Part shown: in pieces, positions 41,190 through 58,699 of the stretch
How the letters are laid out: each line of letters starts with the position of its first letter
Position numbering within the stretch: position 1 is the first letter of the stretch
Notes under the pieces: model-generated
The model's input: the letters and a program-made list of their open reading frames with translations, nothing else
Told to the model about the DNA's origin: nothing
Databases searched by the model: none
DNA from: Paragordius varius
Taxonomy: Eukaryota > Animalia > Nematomorpha
NCBI GenBank assembly: GCA_964247055.1
Contig: OZ176057.1
Location: 5,766,001-5,830,000 of the forward strand
DNA: 64,000 nucleotides
Direction: 5' to 3'
Made by a program: the position numbers and the translations under genes

Positions 41190-41730
41190 TAATATACACA
41201 GGTAAGGAAAGGGAGAGATGGCGCATATATATAATATGGTAATTATCAAAAAAATGTTTTTGTGTATATATATAAAATTTTTAAGGGTTAAAATTGCGTA
41301 ATATACATTCACATTATAATTTAAGAACTCAATATCAATAATTATATTAAAAATGAGCACATATAAAATAAAATTATAAAGTTTATATATATATAACTAA
41401 TCACATTGTAAAAAATGGTTTTTGTGAGATTTTTTTAAATGGAAATAAAAAATGCAAAACGATAGAAATGAATGGATTAATTTTTATAATAAGGATTTAT
41501 AAAACACACTTTCATTATGGACCCCCTTATAAAATGCGTATTAAAGAGATTGGATATATGCTTTAAAATTTTTATAGACAATAGTTAAATAAAAAAGCGA
41601 AAATAAATTATAAATTTTTTAATTGAGTAAATTAAATATTTTACAGGAGGAAAAAGGCACAGTTTTAATGTTTAAACACAAAACAAAATTTAGGTTTTTA
41701 ACGGTAGCGTATGGAATAAAACAACAAATG
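41190..41730 (+). repeat. Dispersed ~550-bp repeat, copy 1 (inverted partner at about 54385-54912); probable TE relic
   Basis: Shared blocks GAGATGG..., AAAATTGCGTAATATACATT, AAAAAGGCACAGTTT and ACGGTAGCGTATGGAATAAA are all found reverse-complemented at 54385-54912. Confidence 0.7.
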
Positions 41731-42259
41731 GTAGCTATTAAAGATGCCTTTGCTGCAAATATTACATTTGTTATGTTATATGATTTAGGGACAAATTAAA
41801 TTTTTCATTATTGTAATATATTATATATGCGCAGGGTTATTATTAAACTCAATGTATTATATTTACAAATTATTAAATATAGAAATTTTGTAATCCCAAA
41901 ATTTACAGTAGAAAATAAAAATTTATATTTATAATCATGTGAAAAACGGCATTTACAGAAAATAAATTTATAATACGAAAGAAACGTAGTAAAAACATAA
42001 AGACATATTTTAAAAAAAGACTGCTAAATTTTAATCTTAACTCATGTTTTTTTAATTACAAGGCAAATAAAATAAATTAAGGTTAACAAAAAAACTATAG
42101 GATTTGTCTTTTTAACGAAAAAAAAATCATTTGTCTTTATATTTTTAACGGTTTATGTCTTTATAAATATAAACATGAATTATTTCTCTTTTTTAAACAT
42201 GCATTTGTCTTTATAAAACTTGTAAATTACACTTTAAAAAGTTTTACAGAAAGTTTAAA

Positions 42260-42600
42260 AAAAGTTTCAAATAAAATTGCATTCAAAAAGTTTTATAAAA
42301 GTTTTTTTTTCAAAAACTTGAGAATTAAACTTTAAAAAGTTTTAGAAAAAAGAAAGTTTTAAAAGTTTTTTTCAAATGAAATTGCTTTACAAAAAGTTTT
42401 AAAAAACTTAAAAAAACTTATAAAGTTATTTAAAAAGTTTTATAAAAAAAAGTTTCAAATAAAATTGCAGTCACGTTTTTTCTTAGTTTTGGGGACAGGG
42501 AGCATCTTTTGTCTTTATAAATCAACTTTGAATCTTAAAAAAGTTTCAAATAAAACTTAAAAAAGTTTTTAAAAAAGTTTCAAATAAAATTGCATTCAAA
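42260..42600 (-). repeat. Tandem copies of the Rac C-terminal CAAX/stop region within the 3'UTR
   Basis: 42505-42455 reads MLPVPKTKKKRDCNFI*. Shorter CNFI* copies at 42594-42580 and 42281-42267, and SNFI* at 42386-42372. Confidence 0.85.
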
Positions 42601-42697
42601 AAGTTTTACAAAAGTTATAAAAAAAGTTTTACAGTTCTTTTTATAAATCAACTTTTAAACTTTAAAAAAGTTTTTAAAAAGTTTTATAAAAAAAGTT

Positions 42698-47692
<4,995 letters not shown>

Positions 47693-47740
47693 ATAAAACC
47701 TAAGACAAATATGTGCCAATCTCTGACTCAAAAAATATAA

Positions 47741-47946
47741 ATAACACTTGATTTACCATAATTAATTTTTTTATGTCAGTTTATTTTTAAATATATAAAA
47801 AATATATCAAATAATTTTAAAATATTGCTAAAATCCTTTTTCTCTTATAACACTTGATTTACCATAATTATTTTTTTATGTCAGTTTATTTTTAAATATA
47901 TAAAAAATATATCAAACAGATTTAAAATATTCTAAAAATCCTTTTA
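47741..47946. repeat. 106-bp tandem duplication upstream of the Rac ATG, containing a putative 5'UTR splice donor
   Basis: ATAACACTTGATTTACCATAATTA...AAAATCCTTTT occurs at 47741-47840 and 47847-47946. On the minus strand it gives G|GTAAAT donors at 47756 and 47862, with an acceptor TTAG at 47701-47700 seven nt before the ATG. Confidence 0.8.
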
Positions 47947-48517
47947 CTGTTATAATAAGCGTGAGTTTATAAAAAAGTCGCGATTTGCAAGCTTGGGTTG
48001 AGCAAAATTTATTCAAGCCATAGTGTAGACGTGAACATCGGCGATAAAAAACACTTAAGTCTAGTCTTTTGCTTATAAATATAACATTTTTTGCCACGGG
48101 ATTTGAATTTTACTAAAATTATCTTGGTCATTTCCAGCCAAAGTTTATGAAAAGTCAAACTCTGTAACTCATATGAGTTTTTTATATATTCAGGGTGACT
48201 AAAATTTTTAAGTTGATGAAACCATACGCCCTTAAAACACTCTCCACCATTTACCACATAAGTCATTTTTAGAAGTCCGTTTGCAATCAAGAAGATGTTT
48301 ATGCAAAAAAACATATAATTTATTTGTAAATGATTATCAACATTAGATTTGAAATAAATTTAGAAATCAACAGTTTTTATTAATACATGATTTGAAAATT
48401 TTAAACAAGATTAATATTCAATCATTGGAATTGATAAATTAGCATTTATTATATGTAATTCTGTTAAATATTAAAAAAGTTTTATTAATTATTCCCTTTC
48501 GTATTCACCCAATTTAA

Positions 48518-49065
48518 CACTTCGATTCAAATTGGGGTATCTACCAGACTAAATTTCAGTTAGGATTTTTTAAAAACTACTGAAGGGAACGGTCCAATTT
48601 AAATTTATGCTCCTATATCCTAATAAAAATTATATAAATATGCTAAAATCTAAATAAAATTTTGTTTTGAAAAAAAAGTTCCATGTCAAACTACTTCGAC
48701 GCCATTTTATTTAACAAAATTGCAATATATCGTCCTCATTTAATTTTAAGGGTAAATTTGAAGCTAATTTTTTATTTAAATTACATCTAACATTGATAGA
48801 TATAGAAAAAGCTGTTTATTTTGTATTATTTTTCAATTTTACCATTGCACGCATGTCACGTTGACTAAATTTTGACCTTTCGTTTTTAGCTTAATAATAT
48901 CAAGTATTTTTTAATAAAATTTTTTTATATTTTGGTGTATTATTGTTATATAAGTGCAAGATTTGCCATCATTTTGATTCCTTTATTTTTTATTAAACAG
49001 GCCTGGGGTATTTAACTACCCCAATTCGAATCGAAGGACTAAAATGAATGTGTTGTATCCAAGTG
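48518..49065 (+). mobile_element. TTAA-flanked non-autonomous DNA transposon (piggyBac-like family E)
   Basis: TTAA|CACTTCGATTCAAATTGGGGTA ... TACCCCAATTCGAATCGAAGG(27 nt)AAGTG|TTAA, with asymmetrically placed subterminal inverted repeats. Confidence 0.85.
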
Positions 49066-50499
49066 TTAATCAAATAATTAGCCAAAAATTATAAAATAAA
49101 AAGTTAACAACATTAACAAAGGTTTTAATTACATATAAAACCTAAATTATATACATAAATAGTTTCCAAAATGATTTTACTCATATTAAATTAGTCAAGT
49201 ATACATTATACTTGCAAAAAAAGTTTTACCTGATCATATGATTTTTTATCACCTCCGAATAAGGTTTTCTGTCCTGACTAAATTATCAGTGTTAAATTTA
49301 TTTATTACATGAAAGCAAGCCATAACTTGAACAACTTGTTAAGTCAAAAAAATTATTTTATCACCCAACCCTAGATTTTTATATAAAATTTTCTAAACTG
49401 TCGGATCACAATTTTATCTAATGATTTATTTTTAGAATTCTATTGTCCTTAACTCCATTACCTTTTGTGCCCCAAAGCGTTTAAAAATTTATCAGTATTT
49501 AAGCTATTAGATTTAACAATATGCTGCCCATTAATTCGGGGGGGGGGGGTATAAAATAATAACTTGGTGAAATGTATCAGGATTACGTTCTTTTGATATA
49601 GGCCCATACGAAAATTATACTTTTAAGTGCCTCATATAAGAAAATGGCAAAATTTGCTCCCATCTTTTAAAATAAAATTTTCTTGGTCCAAAAAATATCA
49701 CTTAAATATCCAGATGTGAACTCTAAAAGCCCCAAATATTTCCGTAAATGGGCTGGTAAATAAACTTAAAAATTCCGAGATTGTGGGATAAAAATTTTCA
49801 ATTATACATACTAAGTTTTATAATCAACAGTTTAAAAAAATGCATTGGTTTTGCAAAATCTCCTTATAAAAAATTTTGTTGAAACGTAGTCCATACTACT
49901 TTAAAACAAAATAAAAACGGTATATAAACGGTATTAGATATAAAAAAAGGTTTTTTCTCTATAATTCGTGACGCTGAACATTTCTATCGCTTCAGAAAAA
50001 TTAAGTTTCATCCACCCTAAAATGTAAAAAAAAGCATATTTAGATATTTGAAGACGAATAAATATCTAATCCAAATTCTAAAGTGATTGAAATGTTCAGC
50101 ATCATATTATATAGAAAAGTGTTTTATAATATCATTAGGCATTTTTATCTCGTTTCCATCATGCCTAAAACTGGTATAAAATAAAGCTTCAACAAAATTT
50201 TGCTAAAGATTAAATTCTTGAAAATTAATGCCTTATTTAATATTATTTTTAGTTAATATCAAAAATTAGCAGATATTGGAATTTTTATAGCGTAGTCTCG
50301 TCATTTTGAGTTTATTTTAAAAGAAATCGCCCATTTTAAAGCAAATAAATTTGACGTCTAATTTTAATTTTTTTATAAAAATAATGTTTCATTTTTTATA
50401 GGTAGTTTATGATTTTTGGAAATTTTTGGATAGCACTTTGCTTTAACCAAAAACTTTTATTTAGAGAAATGCGCCCTAATTTTATTATTTTCTTATATG

Positions 50500-50880
50500 G
50501 AGCACACACCACAAAAGTAGAAAAACTTTTTATGTAAAAATGTAAAAAAAATTTATTTCAAACTTTTTTGCCGCCATTTTTTCAATAAATATTTTTTTTA
50601 TATCGTTAATGCAACAGGCAAGTAAATGTATATTATAGTTAAAACTTGATAGATTTGGAATTTAAAAATCAGCTGTTCGCTTTAATCCTATTTTGGAGCT
50701 AATTAAAAACTCTGGAAGTCGCAAAACTGTAAAATATATGAGCTTTTATCTAATACATATGAACAATGGTCGTTAAATTATTTATAACAACATATCATTT
50801 AAAATTATAGTAGTTTTTACAAAACTGAGCTCTGAAATATCAAAATACCTCAAGAGGTATACTAGCGCAAAAAGGTGAAA
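50500..50880 (+). repeat. Dispersed ~400-bp repeat (inverted partner at about 57010-57430); probable TE relic
   Basis: AATGCAACAGGC, CAAAACTGTAAAATATA and TCAAACTTTTTTGCCGCCATTTTTT match reverse-complemented blocks at 57010-57430. Confidence 0.6.
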
Positions 50881-51142
50881 AAATTATGAATTGTTAATAC
50901 ACAAATAGTCTCAAATTTCTCATTAAAATAGTAGACTTGTAATATTAAAATACAAAAACGCTATTTTCAGTTGTTATGAATACTTATATATGGGCCAGAT
51001 AACAAATAATTGTTGAAAAAAATGTAAACTATGAATTAATTTTAGAGAAAAAATGATGAACCGCTGTGCTATAGTAATGGGTTAAATAAGTTTCGTGACA
51101 TAAATAAATTATATTATTTTAACAATAAGAATATTGATTTAA

Positions 51143-52264
51143 CAATTCGATTCAAATTGGGGTATCTAAATACCTGACTATATTTAAGTTAAAATTATCA
51201 AAAAACTACTAAGAGAAACGGTCGGTCCCAATTTAAATTTATGCTTCTAACCTAATCAAAATTACATAAATAAGCAAAAATATCTAAATAAAATTTAATT
51301 TTGAGTAAAAGTTCCAGATCAAACTACTTGGACGCCATTTTAATTTAACATTTTTGCAAAATATGTGTTTATTTGATTTTAACACTTGGATACAACACAC
51401 TCATTTTAGTCCTTCGATTCAAATTGGGGTAGTTAAATACCCCAGGCCTGTTTAAAATTAAATTCTCTAAAAAATATGGAAGGAATCGAAACCATGGCAA
51501 AATTTTGCACCTATATAACATTAATAAACCGAAATATATAAAAATTTTTATTCAATAATACTTGATATTACTTATTTTAAGCTAAAACCGAAAGGTAAAA
51601 ATTTAGTCAACGTGACATGCGTGCAATGGTTAAATTGAAAAATAATACAAATAAACAGCTTTTTCTATTTCTATCAATGTTAGATGTAATTTAAATAAAA
51701 AATAGCTTCAATTTTACTTTTAAAATTAAATGAAGACGATATTTAGCAAAAATTTTGTAAAATAAAAATGGCGTCGAAGTAGTTTGACATGGAGCTTTTT
51801 TTTCAAAACAAAATTTGATTTAGATATTTTTGCATATTTATATTATTTTTATTAGGATAGAAGCATAAATTTAAATTGAGACCGTTCCCTTCAGTAGTTT
51901 TTAAAAAATTCTAACTCAAATTTAGTCTGGGGTATTTAGATACCCCAATTTGATTCAAAGTGTTAAAGCTTATTATTTAAATCACATCCATTGATAGAAA
52001 CAGGAGTGGTTTATTAATTTAGATGCACACATGTCGTTTTGACTAAATTTTACCTTGAGGTTATATCTAAAAATAAATAATATCAAGTATATGAATTAGT
52101 TTTTTTTATAAATTTTGATTTATTAATGTTATATGAGTGCAAATTTTTGCCATAGTTTCAAATCATTACGTATTTTTTGAATAAATTAATTTTAAACCGG
52201 CCTGGGGTATCCAACTACCCCAATTTGAATCGAAGGACTTATATGAATGTGTTGTAACCAAGTG
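51143..52264 (+). mobile_element. Family E copy interrupted by a second, inverted family E copy (51383-51962)
   Basis: The outer copy is TTAA-flanked at 51139-51142 and 52265-52268. The inner copy is flanked by a duplicated TTAA (51379-51382 and 51963-51966) at a site that is a single TTAA in the uninterrupted copy at 62392-62957. Confidence 0.88.
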
Positions 52265-52585
52265 TTAAATATTTATCTTCAATTTTTGATTTATAAAAAT
52301 TGTATTTATAATATAATACACCAAACCCCTTTTCTACCGTTTTCTTAATGCGCCGATATACCACAAAAGTGAGTTCATAAAAAGTTTACTATCAATTATT
52401 TTATGCAAACTAAGCTTTTCTATAATCTTTTTTGTGACTTCACTATCTACTATATCTTAAGTTTTTTCTCACCGCAAATGTCAGCTTTTTGCGTTGATTT
52501 TCAAAATACAAGCCCATTTTGAAGAGAGCCAAAAATATGTTTCTCGATCTAAAAATTAAATTTTCAACAAATATGCTTTTGTTTT

Positions 52586-52629
<44 letters not shown>

Positions 52630-53059
52630 AATTATAATTATTAATAATATTTTTTCAATTCAAATTTTTAGGGTTTCAATAAAAAAATCTTTTTTATGCG
52701 AATTTAGCGATTTTTTTGATATTGATTTTGTACGCACTGTATAAATAATAACGCCATTTAATTTAATACAATTACTTTCCTTAAACGAACTAAATAGGGT
52801 AACCTTTACTACCCTATATATCAAACAGCTCTAATATATAAAGGGGTTAATTTTTAACCTCAATACTAAATTACATGGGCATATTTTATGGAAATATAGT
52901 GCGATTACATAATTAGTTACAGTAAAGATTGAAATTATACGGACAAAAATTCAAAATATAGAGACAAATTTATTCTAAAAAACCATACTTTCTACAACCC
53001 TCATTTTTCTCATATAAACTTCTTAGTTACAATTATAAAATATAGAATTGATTGTGTTA

Positions 53060-53135
53060 ACTATTTCCCAGTCAAAAAAAACGTATTCCCAGTCAATCGA
53101 AACATTTTCCCAGTCAATCGAAACGTTTTCCCACT
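53060..53135. repeat. Second 21-bp minisatellite (TTCCCAGTCAATCGAAACATT), about 4 units
   Basis: Four imperfect units read directly, with an inverted AACTGGGAGAA remnant near 53320. Confidence 0.8.
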
Positions 53136-56100
53136 CAATAAAACGGTTTTATTTATAAATATCAATACAAGTTATGAAAATAACTTTTAACCATTATCAG
53201 CGTAATATTTGGATATAGTTTTTCATAAAATCACAATTATTGAATGAAAATATTTCCCATATATATACTAATACACAATCATTAATTAATTATAAATTCT
53301 TTAAAATCTATATTTTATCAACTGGGAGAATATTTTATGGTTTTTAAGAATTTTTAAGATATATATTTAATAATTTTCTTATTTTTCGATGGTTCGCATT
53401 AATATTCACGAGGCTAACTTATAAATTCTATAGTATATTTCTAACTCCATTATTCTCCTTGAACAATTCAAATTCACCCTTGAACAATTCAAATTCACCC
53501 TAAAATAAATTATGTGTTTTTTAAGATTATATATTAGCTATATTTTTTATATTTATATAAAAAAAAGAAATTTTGTATATAATCAAAATAATACTGAAAA
53601 AATAATAAACTTTGCCATAAAAATATATTTAATTTTAATGATGAGTTTATATTAGACCGAAGTTTCATAATTTATTTTTAGGGTGAATTTGAATTGTTTA
53701 AGGGTGAATTTGAATTGTTCAAGGGTGAATTTAAATTGTTCAAGGGTGAATTTGAACTGTAAATGGTAAATTTGAATTGTTTAAGGGTGAATTTGAATTG
53801 TTCAAGGGTGAATTTGAATCTTTTAAGGGTGAATTTGAACTGTAAATGTTATATTATGTTTGTACTTTACAGTCTTACTAAAATTAAATAAATTATTTAT
53901 GAATGTCCGTATATATATATGGAACGCCGTGCTTTTTGAGTTAAAAATGTGGCCCGCGAAGCCATTGTTTTAGAATTTCCTATTTTATAAAATATTTTTA
54001 AAAATCAAAAACATTTTTTTTACAAAATATGTTTTGTTTAGATATTTTTTTCCGACAGTATTTTTATTCACGATTCGACAAACCTTAAGATTGATTCAAT
54101 TTGAAGTATTAAATGACCAATTTGATATGAAAATAGTATATCTTTATAAATTTTATATTATCCATAACTATAGACATTGTAAGTTAGCCTTGAATATCAA
54201 TGCGATAAATATTTTCATATGTAATTCTTAGGAACCACCATAAAATATTCTTCCAGTTAATATAAATAATATAGCTTTCAAAGAATATAATTTATTAATT
54301 ATTGTCTATTGGATATAGGAAATATTGCTATTCAATAATAATTGTGATTTTATGAAAAATAATATCCTAATATTACACTGTATCGCTACCATTTGTTACT
54401 TTATTCCATACGCTACCGTAAACGCCAAAATTCATCAAGTCCTGTTTTTAAACATTAAACTGTGCCTTTTTTTCACCTGTAAAAATATGAGAATTACAAA
54501 ATTTAAAAAATTATGATTTATTTTTCGCTTTTTTATTTCTAAACTTTATGTCAAGGCAAATATCTTAAAATTTTAATGCATATTCAATATCTTAAATCGG
54601 CATTTTATTAAGGGGGGGCCAAAGTATTTATTTTTTGTTTTGCATTTTTTATTTGTGTAAAAAATTCAAAAAACCCATGTTTTTAACAGTGTGATTAGTT
54701 TTATATATAGATATCAACTTTTTAAATTATCACAATTTTATTTTATTGATGTGCTCATTTTTAATATAATATCATCATAATTTATATTGAAATTAAAATG
54801 TAAATGTATATTACGCAATTTTTACCCTTAAAAATTTTATATAATTTATTTGATAATCCATAATATTATATAGGAGCCATCTCGTCCTCCCTCATTAACC
54901 TGTGTGTATATTTTAGATTCTTTGAACCTTATAATGACAAAACGATATATGAGCTACAATAATATTATAAATGAATGTAACTCTTTTTTTACTTATTTGA
55001 TTTGAAAATTTTTCATATGATAAAATGCCATTTACAATTCAAATTCGCCCTCAAAGAATTCAAATTCACCCTTGAACAAATCAAATTCACCCTCGAACAA
55101 TTTAAAAATTCGAATTCACCCTAAAAATTAATTATGTGTTTCGGGCAGCTAATATAACTCATTATTATTAAGAAATATATTTTTATGACGCATAATTTAT
55201 TATTTTTTCAGTATTATATTAATTTTAAACAAAATTTCATTTCTTAAAATAAAAAATAATTTTTAATTTTAAAGAACATATAATTTATTGTTAAGGGTGA
55301 ATTTGAATTGTTCAAGGGTGAATTTGAACTGTAAATGGTATATATACAGTAATAATTAAAATTATACAGAAAAAAATTTCTATATTTAAAAATTTATTTG
55401 CCTAAGAGGGACATACTAACCGCCCTGTGATTTTTTTTCCATATAAACTATTTAGGATTAAAATTTTAAAATATATATAATTAATTAATTGTGTCACCAA
55501 TTTTTACATTTCTTTATTATATAATTAATTATACATACTGCCGTTTTAAAAAAATGCAATACAATACAATTGTCTTTAGAATTTAACCTTTTTTTGTTGG
55601 TATAATTTTAAAACTGTCTTTAAAACCAGCATGGTATTTATGTTAATAGAAAAGATAGATTATTGTCGAAATTTGGTGAGACGACTTATAGCATAATAAG
55701 AAATATCAAAAATTTTTAAAAAAGGTATATTTAGAAACTTCTTTGCATTTTTTTCAATGATTTTTGAAATTTACCCTGGGATACCCTTAAAATAGCTCAT
55801 AAAATCTTTATAAATATATAGCTCATAAAATCTTTATAAATATATAGCTCATAAAATTCATTATAAAATTGTGAAATTTACCAAACAAATTTTGCTAAAT
55901 AAGTCTCTATCCAATTGTCAAGAAAACTAGAAAAAAGGTTTCTATATTGTGTTTTGCATTTTACCAGGTGTTATTATGTATGAAATCTAATATAAATTTC
56001 CTTACGAATGTCCATAGGCATAAATTTCGATTCCGACCTCTTTATGAGCGAAAAAATGCGGCCCTCGAAGCTATTTATATTGAAAGACTCTAAAAGAGTT

Positions 56101-56723
56101 GTCATTGTAAAGGTAAATGATGTAAAAACAGTTGAAAATTAAACGGAAAATTAACTGAAAATTATAAATATTAATAAACTGAAATTATAAATGATATATG
56201 AAAACCTTTAGTCGTTTTACTATTTCTTTTTGGCTCAGGATTTATATTAAATGGTCTAATCTGTAATTTCTAAGCTATGGGTTATTTTATTTAATCCTGG
56301 AGTTTTAAATAAGGGATCTGAGAAACTCAAATAAAATGTCAAATATAATGCCAAATATGTTTGTAAATATATGAAATTGTATGATAATAATTTATCGATG
56401 TGAAAAGCCTAAATAATTTGACAAATTACTAGCTAATAAAGCGAAATTTACTTTGAAAAATCTGAGCTTGTGTTAAAGAGGTCGACTTTTTATTAATACA
56501 ATCAAGTGTTTTGATTAAAATTGTATTATTAATTTTACAGACATTTAATCAAAACACAAAAAGATTATCATTTAATTATATTTTTGGCTCAGCATAGAGG
56601 TGCTTTTTCATATAATCTAAAAGGTGTGCTTAATATGTTTCCTAATTACAATTGGGGGCCTTGTTTAAAATATAGACAAAAAATGGTATTAGACTGAGCT
56701 AATTATACATCAATTAATATTTG

Positions 56724-56974
56724 CAGTAAAAATTGAAATTATACGGACAAAATAATTAGTTATTTCAAAAAAACAACCATACATTTTTAACCTTAATTAT
56801 TTTGAATAACTCATTGTTTAGAAATGTAACTTTTGATAACCCAATCAATAACATATTTTGCGATTGTTATTAAATGGTTTTAATAAGATAAATTAGGATT
56901 TAATAAAGTACGGTTTAAAAAATTTCTTTTGTATTTTTACGTTTTTGTCACCAGTATAATTTCAATTTTTACTG
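56724..56974. mobile_element. MITE family A copy
   Basis: CAGTAAAAATTGAAATTATACGGAC ... ATAATTTCAATTTTTACTG|TA. Confidence 0.8.
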
Positions 56975-58122
56975 TAATTAGGTTTAAGCCTTCATTACCT
57001 TCTTACGTTTTGTCCTAGCCTTCATTTTGGGCTAATTTTATATCTATAAGCACAATCTTGTAGGTAAATATTGTTTGGAAAGTTATTATAGTTAGAATTT
57101 AATTATTAAACGTTTTCACGTATTAGAGCAAAAAGCTTGTATATTTTACAGTTTTGTGAACAAGACTATCTAGAGTCTAAAATTGGGAACATCTCAAAAA
57201 CATGTGAAACGAACAGCTGATATTAAAATTAAAATTTATTAATTGTTTGCTCGGTAAAATGAAGCCTGAAAGCTTTTTAATGATAATTAACCATAAAAAA
57301 CATTTAAGTGCCTGTTGCATTGGCGACTTAAAAGAAAATATAGAAAAAAATGGCGATAAAAAAGTTTGAGATATAGATTTTTTACAATTTTGCGTTTTTT
57401 ATAAAAAAATTTTTCATATTATGCGCCTAAGCTAAAGGAAGTATATATTTAAATTTGATTACCTTAAATACTTTATGAAATATTCAAATTTTAATTCACT
57501 CTGGGCTACAAAACTACCCCAAAAGGTATCAGACTCTAAATGCATTAAATGGAAAAAGCGTTTATATAATGATTCACCATTTTTGATAATTCTTTGCCAC
57601 AATTCTGGAAGCTTTAAATTTTAATTTTAGTCTAATTTATTTTATAAACCGCTATGGAATATTAAATTTGGCATGCATATATATATATATATTGATTAAT
57701 GATACTCATTTATTAAGAAGGCACATAAAGTTAAAATCAATGTGGTTTTTTTCTCGAAAAATGAAACATGATAAATAGGTGAATATATATAAAAGGGAAA
57801 TTTTTATATTTAAAAACCCAAAAGTAATTAATTTAAATGAAATTTTAAAAAAAATTATAATTTAAAAATTCTTTGTAAAAAATCTCCACGTGATCCAAGT
57901 TGCTTTAGAATAGGCACTAAGTGTGTAAATTCTGACACGTGACCCAATTTGATATGGCCTAAACGAATATTATTAAATTGAATATGTCGTCTAAAAGCGT
58001 ATAAAAAATGAAATTATACAGTCAAAAATGGTAAAAACATAAAAAGACAAATGTTATTTAAAAATACTCATCGTTTGCGGTTGCAAAATAAGAAATAAAT
58101 ATGTAGATTGGTAATAAACTTA

Positions 58123-58426
58123 CAGTAAAACTGTATGAAAATATACGGACAAAACGTAAAAATATAAAGATGAATATTTTTTTTATAAAAAACAACCATA
58201 CTATTTTTTAATCTAAATTTATTTCAATATAACTCCATGTTTTAAATGGTAAAGTGTGAAATAGAGTTTTATAACACTGATACAATCAATTCTATATTTT
58301 ACGATTGTAACTAAATAGCTTGTATGAGAAAAATTAAGGTTTTGAAAAGTATGTGGTTGTCTTTTAGATAAAAATATTTGTCTTTATATTTTAACGTTTT
58401 GTCCGTATGATCTCAACTTTTTACTG
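58123..58426. mobile_element. MITE family A copy nested in an older A copy (about 58020-58685); right end tandemly duplicated with a 161-bp period
   Basis: TA|CAGTAAAACTG...TTTTTACTG|TA. The stretch ...TTTTACTGTACTTAA(A)GCATTTAAACTGGTGATTTAGGG... is repeated at 58426 and 58587. Confidence 0.75.
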
Positions 58427-58699
58427 TACTTAAAGCATTTAAACTGGTGATTTAGGGAAAAATTATGAAGGCAATCTTCTTATAAAATTTGTTTGTCTTT
58501 ATGCTTTTTACATTTTGTTGGTTGTCTTTTAAAAAAAAATCTTTATATTTTAACGTTTTTTGCCCGTATAATCTCAACCTTTTACTGTACTTAAGCATTT
58601 AAACTGGTGATTTAGGGAAAAATTATGAAGGCAATCTTCTTATAAAATTTGTCTGTCTTTATGCTTTTTACATTTTATGACTCTGTAATATAATTTGAT

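Noticed and set aside
47693-47731. 13-aa N-terminal extension of Rac ([13 protein letters not shown]) in the ORF track
   Set aside because: It begins at a non-ATG codon and lies across a putative 5'UTR intron/acceptor. The canonical MQAIK start at 47692 gives the standard 192-aa Rac.
48009-48314. 101-aa ORF upstream of Rac
   Set aside because: No recognisable homology or usable splice link to Rac. It more likely reflects the GC-richer promoter region, though it cannot be fully excluded.
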